From: Nemertoderma westbladi
Lineage: Eukaryota; Animalia; Xenacoelomorpha
Length of the DNA: 64,000 bases
Assembly: GCA_032718475.1 (NCBI GenBank)
Contig: JAUCBJ010001812.1
Span: forward strand, 1 to 64,000
Direction of reading: 5' to 3'
The stretch's first letter is position 1; each line of letters starts with the position of its first letter. Below the pieces are notes generated by a model that made no database searches, was not told where the DNA came from, and saw only the letters and a program-made list of their open reading frames with translations. Shown here piece by piece: positions 52,701 to 64,000 of this stretch. Made by a program: the position numbers and the translations under genes.

Positions 52701-55700
52701 GAAGTAGATAGTGCTGAATGGAATGCAATTAATCTAGATAGAATAAAGTCCGAAGTAGATAGTGCTGAATGGAATGCAATTAATTTAGGTAGAATAAAGT
52801 CCGAAGTAGATAGTGCTGAATGGAATACAATTAATCTAGATAGAATAAACTCCGAAGTAGATAGCGCTGAATGGAATGCAATTAATTTAGGTAGAATAAA
52901 GTCCGAAGTAGATAGTGCTGAATGGAATGCAATTAATCTAGATAGAATAAACTCCGAAGTAGATAGCGCTGAATGGAATGCAATTAATTTAGGTAGAATA
53001 AAGTCCGAAGTAGATAGTGCTGAATGGAATGCAATTAATCTAGATAGAATAAACTCCGAAGTAAATAGTGCTGAATGGAATGCAATTAATTTAGGTAGAA
53101 TAAAGTCCGAAGTAGATAGTGCTGAATGGAATGCAATTAATTTAGGTAGAATAAAGTCCGAAGTAGATAGTGCTGAATGGAATGCAATTAATTTAGGTAG
53201 AATAAAGTCCGATTAGATAGTGCTGAATGGAATGCAATTAATCTAGATAGAATAAACTCCGAAGTAAATAGTGCTGAATGGAATGCAATTAATTTAGGTA
53301 GAATAAAGTCCGAAGTAGATAGTGCTTAATGGAATGCAATTAATTTAGGTAGAATAAAGTCCGAAGTAGATAGTGCTGAATGGAATGCAATTAATTTAGG
53401 TAGAATAAAGTCCGAAGTAGATAGTGCTGAATGGAATACAATTAATCTAGATAGAATAAACTCCGAAGTAGATAGCGCTGAATGGAATGCAATTAATTTA
53501 GGTAGAATAAAGTCCGAAGTAGATAGTGCTGAATGGAATGCAATTAATCTAGATAGAATAAACTCCGAAGTAGATAGCGCTGAATGGAATGCAATTAATT
53601 TAGGTAGAATAAAGTCCGAAGTAGATAGTGCTGAATGGAATGCAATTAATCTAGATAGAATAAACTCCGAAGTAAATAGTGCTGAATGGAATGCAATTAA
53701 TTTAGGTAGAATAAAGTCCGAAGTAGATAGTGCTGAATGGAATGCAATTAATTTAGGTAGAATAAAGTCCGAAGTAGATAGTGCTGAATGGAATGCAATT
53801 AATCTAGATAGAATAAAGTCCGATTAGATAGATAGTGCTGAATGGAATGCAATTAATTTAGGTAGAATAAAGTCCGAAGTAGATAGTGCTGAATGGAATA
53901 CAATTAATCTAGATAGAATAAAGTCCGATTAGATAGATAGTGCTGAATGGAATGCAATTAATTTAGGTAGAATAAAGTCCGAAGTAGATAGTGCTGAATG
54001 GAATGCAATTAATCTAGATAGAATAAACTCCGAAGTAAATAGTGCTGAATGGAATGCAATTAATTTAGGTAGAATAAAGTCCGAAGTAGATAGTGCTGAA
54101 TGGAATGCAATTAATTTAGGTAGAATAAAGTCCGAAGTAGATAGTGCTGAATGGAATGCAATTAATCTAGATAGAATAAAGTCCGATTAGATAGATAGTG
54201 CTGAATGGAATGCAATTAATTTAGGTAGAATAAAGTCCGAAGTAGATAGCGCTGAATGGAATGCAATTAATTTAGGTAGAATAAAGTCCGAAGTAGATAG
54301 TGCTGAATGGAATGCAATTAATCTAGATAGAATAAACTCCGAAGTAAATAGTGCTGAATGGAATGCAATTAATTTAGGTAGAATAAAGTCCGAAGTAGAT
54401 AGTGCTGAATGGAATGCAATTAATTTAGGTAGAATAAAGTCCGAAGTAGATAGTGCTGAATGGAATGCAATTAATCTAGATAGAATAAAGTCCGATTAGA
54501 TAGATAGTGCTGAATGGAATGCAATTAATTTAGGTAGAATAAAGTCCGAAGTAAATAGTGCTGAATGGAATGCAATTAATCTAGATAGAATAAACTCCGA
54601 AGTAAATAGTGCTGAATGGAATGCAATTAATTTAGGTAGAATAAAGTCCGAAGTAGATAGTGCTGAATGGAATGCAATTAATTTAGGTAGAATAAAGTCC
54701 GATTAGATAGTGCTGAATGGAATGCAATTAATTTAGGTAGAATAAAGTCCGAAGTAGATAGTGCTGAATGGAATACAATTAATCTAGATAGAATAAAGTC
54801 CGATTAGATAGATAGTGCTGAATGGAATGCAATTAATCTAGATAGAATAAACTCCGAAGTAAATAGTGCTGAATGGAATGCAATTAATTTAGGTAGAATA
54901 AAGTCCGATTAGATAGTGCTGAATAGAATGCAATTAATTTAGGTAGAATAAAGTCCGATTAAATAGTGCTGAATGGAATGCAATTAATCTAGATAGAATA
55001 AACTCCGAAGTAAATAGTGCTGAATGGAATGCAATTAATTTAGGTAGAATAAAGTCCGAAGTAGATAGTGCTGAATGGAATACAATTAATCTAGATAGAA
55101 TAAAGTCCGATTAGATAGATAGTGCTGAATGGAATGCAATTAATTTAGGTAGAATAAAGTCCGAAGTAGATAGTGCTGAATGGAATGCAATTAATTTAGG
55201 TAGAATAAAGTCCGAAGTAGATAGTGCTGAATGGAATGCAATTAATTTAGGTAGAATAAAGTCCGAAGTAGATAGTGCTGAATGGAATGCAATTAATCTA
55301 GATAGAATAAAGTCCGAAGTAGATAGTGTTGAATGGAATGCAATTAATCTAGATAGAATAAAGTCCGAAGTAGATAGTGCTGAATGGAATGCAATTAATT
55401 TAGGTAGAATAAAGTCCGAAGTAGATAGTGCTGAATGGAATGCAATTAATTTAGGTAGAATAAAGTCCGAAGTAGATAGTGCTGAATGGAATGCAATTAA
55501 TCTAGATAGAATAAAGTCCGATTAGATAGTGCTGAATGGAATGCAATTAATCTAGATACAATAAAGTCCGAAGTAGATAGTGCTGAATGGAATGCAATTA
55601 ATCTAGATAGAATAAAGTCCGAAGTAGATAGTGCTGAATGGAATGCAATTAATTTAGGTAGAATAAAGTCCGAAGTAGATAGTGCTGAATGGAATGCAAT

Positions 55701-58700
55701 TAATTTAGGTAGAATAAAGTCCGAAGTAGATAGTGCTGAATGGAATGCAATTAATCTAGATAGAATAAAGTCCGATTAGATAGTGCTGAATGGAATGCAA
55801 TTAATTTAGGTAGAATAAAGTCCGATTAGATAGTGCTGAATGGAATGCAATTAATCTAGATAGAATAAAGTCCGAAGTAGATAGTGCTGAATGGAATGCA
55901 ATTAATCTAGATAGAATAAACTCCGAAGTAAATAGTGCTGAATGGAATGCAATTAATTTAGGTAGAATAAAGTCCGAAGTAGATAGTGCTGAATGGAATG
56001 CAATTAATTTAGGTAGAATAAAGTCCGAAGTAGATAGTGCTGAATGGAATGCAATTAATTTAGGTAGAATAAAGTCCGAAGTAGATAGTGCTGAATGGAA
56101 TGCAATTAATCTAGATACAATAAAGTCCGAAGTAGATAGTGCTGAATGGAATGCAATTAATCTAGATAGAATAAACTCCGAAGTAAATAGTGCTGAATGG
56201 AATGCAATTAATTTAGATAGAATAAAGTCCGAAGTAAATAGTGCTGAATGGAATGCAATTAATTTAGGTAGAATAAAGTCCGAAGTAGATAGTGCTGAAT
56301 GGAATGCAATTAATTTAGGTAGAATAAAGTCCGAAGTAGATAGTGCTGAATGGAATGCAATTAATCTAGATAGAATAAACTCCGAAGTAAATAGTGCTGA
56401 ATGGAATGCAATTAATTTAGGTAGAATAAAGTCCGAAGTAGATAGTGCTGAATGGAATGCAATTAATTTAGGTAGAATAAAGTCCGAAGTAGATAGTGCT
56501 GAATGGAACGCAATTAATTTAGGTAGAATAAAGTCCGAAGTAGATAGTGCTGAATGGAATGCAATTAATCTAGATAGAATAAACTCCGAAGTAAATAGTG
56601 CTGAATGGAATGCAATTAATTTAGGTAGAATAAAGTCCGAAGTAGATAGTGCTGAATGGAATGCAATTAATTTAGGTAGAATAAAGTCCGATTAGATAGT
56701 GCTGAATGGAATGCAATTAATCTAGATAGAATAAAGTCCGAAGTAGATAGTGCTGAATGGAATGCAATTAATCTAGATAGAATAAACTCCGAAGTAAATA
56801 GTGCTGAATGGAATGCAATTAATTTAGGTAGAATAAAGTCCGAAGTAGATAGTGCTGAATGGAATGCAATTAATTTAGGTAGAATAAAGTCCGAAGTAGA
56901 TAGTGCTGAATGGAATGCAATTAATTTAGGTAGAATAAAGTCCGAAGTAGATAGTGCTGAATGGAATGCAATTAATCTAGATACAATAAAGTCCGAAGTA
57001 GATAGTGCTGAATGGAATGCAATTAATTTAGGTAGAATAAAGTCCGATTAGATAGTGCTGAATGGAATGCAATTAATCTAGATAGAATAAAGTCCGAAGT
57101 AGATAGTGCTGAATGGAATGCAATTAATTTAGGTAGAATAAAGTCCGAAGTAGATAGTGCTGAATGGAATGCAATTAATCTAGATAGAATAAACTCCGAA
57201 GTAAATAGTGCTGAATGGAATGCAATTAATTTAGGTAGAATAAAGTCCGAAGTAGATAGTGCTGAATGGAATGCAATTAATTTAGGTAGAATAAAGTCCG
57301 AAGTAGATAGTGCTGAATGGAATGCAATTAATTTAGGTAGAATAAAGTCCGAAGTAGATAGTGCTGAATGGAATGCAATTAATCTAGATAGAATAAAGTC
57401 CGAAGTAGATAGTGCTGAATGGAATGCAATTAATTTAGGTAGAATAAAGTCCGATTAGATAGTGCTGAATGGAATGCAATTAATCTAGATAGAATAAAGT
57501 CCGAAGTAGATAGTGCTGAATGGAATGCAATTAATCTAGATAGAATAAACTCCGAAGTAAATAGTGCTGAATGGAATGCAATTAATTTAGGTAGAATAAA
57601 GTCCGAAGTAGATAGTGCTGAATGGAATGCAATTAATTTAGGTAGAATAAAGTCCGAAGTAGATAGTGCTGAATGGAATGCAATTAATTTAGGTAGAATA
57701 AAGTCCGAAGTAGATAGTGCTGAATGGAATGCAATTAATTTAGGTAGAATAAAGTCCGAAGTAGATAGTGCTGAATGGAATGCAATTAATTTAGGTAGAA
57801 TAAAGTCCGAGGTAGATAGTGCTGAATGGAATGCAATTAATTTAGATAGAATAAAGTCCGATTAGATAGTGCTGAATGGAATGCAATTAATTTAGGTAGA
57901 ATAAAGTCCGAAGTAGATAGTGCTGAATGGAATGCAATTAATTTAGGTAGAATAAAGTCCGAAGTAGATAGTGCTGAATGGAATGCAATTAATTTAGGTA
58001 GAATAAAGTCCGAAGTAGATAGTGCTGAATGGAATGCAATTAATCTAGATACAATAAAGTCCGATTAGATAGTGCTGAATGGAATGCAATTAATCTAGAT
58101 AGAATAAAGTCCGATTAGATAGTGCTGAATGGAATGCAATTAATTTAGGTAGAATAAAGTCCGAAGTAGATAGTGCTGAATGGAATGCAATTAATTTAGG
58201 TAGAATAAAGTCCGAAGTAGATAGTGCTGAATGGAATGCAATTAATCTAGATACAATAAAGTCCGATTAGATAGTGCTGAATGGAATGCAATTAATCTAG
58301 ATACAATAAAGTCCGATTAGATAGTGCTGAATGGAATGCAATTAATCTAGATAGAATAAAGTCCGATTAGATAGTGCTGAATGGAATGCAATTAATTTAG
58401 GTAGAATAAAGTCCGAAGTAGATAGTGCTGAATGGAATGCAATTAATTTAGGTAGAATAAAGTCCGAAGTAGATAGTGCTGAATGGAATGCAATTAATCT
58501 AGATACAATAAAGTCCGATTAGATAGTGCTGAATGGAATGCAATTAATCTAGATACAATAAAGTCCGATTAGATAGTGCTGAATGGAATGCAATTAATCT
58601 AGATAGAATAAAGTCCGATTAGATAGTGCTGAATGGAATGCAATTAATTTAGGTAGAATAAAGTCCGATTAGATAGTGCTGAATGGAATGCAATTAATTT

Positions 58701-61700
58701 AGGTAGAATAAAGTCCGAAGTAGATAGTGCTGAATGGAATGCAATTAATTTAGGTAGAATAAAGTCCGAAGTAGATAGTGCTGAATGGAATGCAATTAAT
58801 CTAGATACAATAAAGTCCGATTAGATAGTGCTGAATGGAATGCAATTAATCTAGATACAATAAAGTCCGATTAGATAGTGCTGAATGGAATGCAATTAAT
58901 CTAGATACAATAAAGTCCGATTAGATAGTGCTGAATGGAATGCAATTAATTTAGGTAGAATAAAGTCCGAAGTAGATAGTGCTGAATGGAATGCAATTAA
59001 TCTAGATACAATAAAGTCCGATTAGATAGTGCTGAATGGAATGCAATTAATCTAGATACAATAAAGTCCGATTAGATAGTGCTGAATGGAATGCAATTAA
59101 TTTAGGTAGAATAAAGTCCGAAGTAGATAGTGCTGAATGGAATGCAATTAATTTAGGTAGAATAAAGTCCGAAGTAGATAGTGCTGAATGGAATGCAATT
59201 AATCTAGATACAATAAAGTCCGATTAGATAGTGCTGAATGGAATGCAATTAATTTAGGTAGAATAAAGTCCGAAGTAGATAGTGCTGAATGGAATGCAAT
59301 TAATTTAGGTAGAATAAAGTCCGAAGTAGATAGTGCTGAATGGAATGCAATTAATCTAGATACAATAAAGTCCGATTAGATAGTGCTGAATGGAATGCAA
59401 TTAATCTAGATACAATAAAGTCCGATTAGATAGTGCTGAATGGAATGCAATTAATCTAGATAGAATAAAGTCCGATTAGATAGTGCTGAATGGAATGCAA
59501 TTAATTTAGGTAGAATAAAGTCCGATTAGATAGTGCTGAATGGAATGCAATTAATTTAGGTAGAATAAAGTCCGAAGTAGATAGTGCTGAATGGAATGCA
59601 ATTAATCTAGATAGAATAAAGTCCGAAGTAGATAGTGCTGAATGGAATGCAATTAATTTAGATAGAATAAAGTCCGATTAGATAGTGCTGAATGGAATGC
59701 AATTAATTTAGATAGAATAAAGTCCGATTAGATAGTGCTGAATGGAATGCAATTAATTTAGGTAGAAAAAAGTCCGAAGTAGATAGTGCTGAATGGAATG
59801 CAATTAATTTAGGTAGAATAAAGTCCGAAGTAGATAGTGCTGAATGGAATGCAATTAATTTAGGTAGAATAAAGTCCGAAGTAGATAGTGCTGAATGGAA
59901 TGCAATTAATCTAGATACAATAAAGTCCGATTAGATAGTGCTGAATGGAATGCAATTAATCTAGATAGAATAAAGTCCGATTAGATAGTGCTGAATGGAA
60001 TGCAATTAATTTAGGTAGAATAAAGTCCGAAGTAGATAGTGCTGAATGGAATGCAATTAATTTAGGTAGAATAAAGTCCGAAGTAGATAGTGCTGAATGG
60101 AATGCAATTAATCTAGATAGAATAAAGTCCGATTAGATAGTGCTGAATGGAATGCAATTAATCTAGATAGAATAAAGTCCGATTAGATAGTGCTGAATGG
60201 AATGCAATTAATCTAGATAGAATAAAGTCCGATTAGATAGTGCTGAATGGAATGCAATTAATCTAGATAGAATAAAGTCCGATTAGATAGTGCTGAATGG
60301 AATGCAATTAATTTAGGTAGAATAAAGTCCGAAGTAGATAGTGCTGAATGGAATGCAATTAATCTAGATAGAATAAAGTCCGAAGTAGATAGTGCTGAAT
60401 GGAATGCAATTAATTTAGGTAGAATAAAGTCCGATTAGATAGTGCTGAATGGAATGCAATTAATTTAGGTAGAATAAAGTCCGAAGTAGATAGTGCTGAA
60501 TGGAATGCAATTAATTTAGGTAGAATAAAGTCCGATTAGATAGTGCTGAATGGAATGCAATTAATTTAGGTAGAATAAAGTCCGATTAGATAGTGCTGAA
60601 TGGAATGCAATTAATTTAGGTAGAATAAAGTCCGAAGTAGATAGTGCTGAATGGAATGCAATTAATTTAGGTAGAATAAAGTCCGAAGTAGATAGTGCTG
60701 AATGGAATGCAATTAATCTAGATACAATAAAGTCCGATTAGATAGTGCTGAATGGAATGCAATTAATCTAGATACAATAAAGTCCGATTAGATAGTGCTG
60801 AATGGAATGCAATTAATCTAGATAGAATAAAGTCCGATTAGATAGTGCTGAATGGAATGCAATTAATCTAGATAGAATAAAGTCCGATTAGATAGTGCTG
60901 AATGGAATGCAATTAATCTAGATAGAATAAAGTCCGATTAGATAGTGCTGAATGGAATGCAATTAATTTAGGTAGAATAAAGTCCGAAGTAGATAGTGCT
61001 GAATGGAATGCAATTAATCTAGATAGAATAAAGTCCGAAGTAGATAGTGCTGAATGGAATGCAATTAATTTAGGTAGAATAAAGTCCGAAGTAGATAGTG
61101 CTGAATGGAATGCAATTAATTTAGGTAGAATAAAGTCCGAAGTAGATAGTGCTGAATGGAATGCAATTAATTTAGATACAATAAAGTCCGATTAGATAGT
61201 GCTGAATGGAATGCAATTAATCTAGATAGAATAAAGTCCGATTAGATAGTGCTGAATGGAATGCAATTAATCTAGATAGAATAAAGTCCGATTAGATAGT
61301 GCTGAATGGAATGCAATTAATTTAGGTAGAATAAAGTCCGAAGTAGATAGTGCTGAATGGAATGCAATTAATCTAGATAGAATAAAGTCCGAAGTAGATA
61401 GTGCTGAATGGAATGCAATTAATTTAGGTAGAATAAAGTCCGAAGTAGATAGTGCTGAATGGAATGCAATTAATTTAGGTAGAATAAAGTCCGAAGTAGA
61501 TAGTGCTGAATGGAATGCAATTAATTTAGGTAGAATTAAAGTCCGAGGTAGATAGTGCTGAATGGAATGCAATTAATTTAGATAGAATAAAGTCCGATTA
61601 GATAGTGCTGAATGGAATGCAATTAATTTAGGTAGAATAAAGTCCGAAGTAGATAGTGCTGAATGGAATGCAATTAATTTAGGTAGAATAAAGTCCGAAG

Positions 61701-64000
61701 TAGATAGTGCTGAATGGAATGCAATTAATTTAGGTAGAATAAAGTCCGATTAGATAGTGCTGAATGGAATGCAATTAATCTAGATACAATAAAGTCCGAA
61801 GTAGATAGTGCTGAATGGAATGCAATTAATCTAGATAGAATAAAGTAAGAAGTAGATAGCCCTGAATGGAATGCAATTAATTTAGATACAATAAAGTACG
61901 ATTAGATAGATAGTGCTGAATGGAATGCAATTAATTTAGATACAATAAAGTACGATTAGATAGTGCTGAATGGAATGCAATTAATTTAGGTAGAATAAAG
62001 TCCGAGGTAGATAGTGCTGAATGGAATGCAATTAATTTAGGTAGAATAAAGTCCGAAGTAGATAGTGCTGAATGGAATGCAATTAATTTAGGTAGAATAA
62101 AGTACGATTAGATAGTGCTGAATGGAATGCAATTAATTTAGGTAGAATAAAGTCCGAAGTAGATAGTGCTGAATGGAATGCAATTAATTTAGGTAGAATA
62201 AAGTCCGAAGTAGATAGTGCTGAATGGAATGCAATTAATTTAGGTAGAATAAAGTCCGAAGTAGATAGTGCTGAATGGAATGCAATTAATTTAGGTAGAA
62301 TTAAAGTCCGAGGTAGATAGTGCTGAATGGAATGCAATTAATTTAGATAGAATAAAGTCCGATTAGATAGTGCTGAATGGAATGCAATTAATTTAGGTAG
62401 AATAAAGTCCGAAGTAGATAGTGCTGAATGGAATGCAATTAATTTAGGTAGAATAAAGTCCGAAGTAGATAGTGCTGAATGGAATGCAATTAATTTAGGT
62501 AGAATAAAGTCCGAAGTAGATAGTGCTGAATGGAATGCAATTAATCTAGATACAATAAAGTCCGAAGTAGATAGTGCTGAATGGAATGCAATTAATTTAG
62601 GTAGAATAAAGTCCGAAGTAGATAGTGCTGAATGGAATGCAATTAATTTAGGTAGAATAAAGTCCGAAGTAGATAGTGCTGAATAGAATGCAATTAATTT
62701 AGGTAGAATAAAGTCCGAAGTAGATAGCCCTGAATGGAATGCAATTAATTTAGGTAGAATAAAGTCCGATTAGATAGTGCTGAATGGAATGCAATTAATT
62801 TAGATAGAATAAAGTCCGAGGTAGATAGTGCTGAATGGAATGCAATTAATTTAGATACAATAAAGTACGATTAGATAGTGCTGAATGGAATGCAATTAAT
62901 TTAGGTAGAATAAAGTCCGAGGTAGATAGTGCTGAATGGAATGCAATTAATTTAGGTAGAATAAAGTCCGAAGTAGATAGTGCTGAATGGAATGCAATTA
63001 ATTTAGGTAGAATAAAGTACGATTAGATAGTGCTGAATGGAATGCAATTAATTTAGGTAGAATAAAGTCCGAAGTAGATAGTGCTGAATGGAATGCAATT
63101 AATTTAGGTAGAATAAAGTCCGAAGTAGATAGTGCTGAATGGAATGCAATTAATTTAGGTAGAATAAAGTCCGAAGTAGATAGTGCTGAATGGAATGCAA
63201 TTAATTTAGGTAGAATTAAAGTCCGAGGTAGATAGTGCTGAATGGAATGCAATTAATTTAGGTAGAATAAAGTCCGAAGTAGATAGTGCTGAATGGAATG
63301 CAATTAATTTAGGTAGAATAAAGTCCGAAGTAGATAGTGCTGAATGGAATGCAATTAATTTAGGTAGAATAAAGTCCGAAGTAGATAGTGCTGAATGGAA
63401 TGCAATTAATCTAGATACAATAAAGTCCGAAGTAGATAGTGCTGAATGGAATGCAATTAATTTAGGTAGAATAAAGTCCGAAGTAGATAGTGCTGAATGG
63501 AATGCAATTAATTTAGGTAGAATAAAGTCCGAAGTAGATAGCCCTGAATAGAATGCAATTAATTTAGGTAGAATAAAGTCCGAAGTAGATAGCCCTGAAT
63601 GGAATGCAATTAATTTAGGTAGAATAAAGTCCGATTAGATAGTGCTGAATGGAATGCAATTAATTTAGATAGAATAAAGTCCGATTAGATAGTGCTGAAT
63701 GGAATGCAATTAATCTAGATACAATAAAGTCCGAAGTAGATAGTGCTGAATGGAATACAATTAATTTAGGTAGAATAAAGTCCGATTAGATAGTGCTGAA
63801 TGGAATGCAATTAATCTAGATACAATAAAGTCCGAAGTAGATAGTGCTGAATGGAATACAATTAATTTAGGTAGAATAAAGTCCGATTAGATAGTGCTGA
63901 ATGGAATGCAATTAATTTAGGTAGAATAAAGTCCGATTAGATAGTGCTGAATGGAATGCAATTAATTTAGGTAGAATAAAGTCCGATTAGATAGTGCTGA
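22747..64000 (-). repeat. 50/51-bp tandem array (~800 units, runs off the window) containing the SLC25A36 3' splice acceptor
   Basis: First unit on the plus strand is aaagtccgaagtagatagccctgaatagaatgcaattaatttaggtagaat. On the minus strand this is ATTCTACCTAAATTAATTGCATTCTATTCAG|GGCTATCTACTTCGGACTTT, overlapping 20 nt of exon 22666-22766. Confidence 0.97.

Noticed and set aside
51711-63252. ORFs encoding (LIAFHSALSTSDFILPK)n
   Set aside because: By-product of a 51-bp (17-codon) unit; frequently broken by 50-bp units, with non-ATG starts, and not in the host exon's frame.
22747-64000. Human satellite II/III-like (GGAAT)n or centromeric satellite
   Set aside because: GAATGGAATG is only a 10-bp part of a 51-bp unit that derives from the local splice acceptor; nothing in the sequence supports centromere function.
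22747-64000. Canonical recursive splice sites (YAG|GT) in the acceptor array
   Set aside because: On the transcribed minus strand CAG is followed by GG or CA, not GT. The tttAG|GTaga motif is on the opposite strand.

Overview
Eukaryotic, probably invertebrate animal, genomic DNA. About 84% of the window is two tandem arrays inside introns of a minus-strand SLC25A36/SLC25A33 (Rim2-type mitochondrial pyrimidine nucleotide carrier) gene. Its last four coding exons (22666-22766, 14302-14368, 12950-13224, 307-500) splice in frame through GT-AG introns; the 5' exons lie beyond position 64000. The main observation is that both arrays are amplified copies of the gene's own splice junctions. A 47-bp unit (~861-12956, roughly 255-260 copies) carries the 5' donor CCACACG|GTAGGT. 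A 50/51-bp unit (22747 to beyond 64000, roughly 800 copies) carries the 3' acceptor ...TTCAG| plus 20 nt of the exon. An intronless RDH11/12/13-like short-chain dehydrogenase is nested on the same strand in another intron, and its stop codon has also seeded a tandem repeat. The rest comprises an RTE-clade LINE 3' remnant, MITE-, Helitron- and SINE-like fragments, and a (GACC)n microsatellite. Copy numbers are length/unit estimates made by eye.
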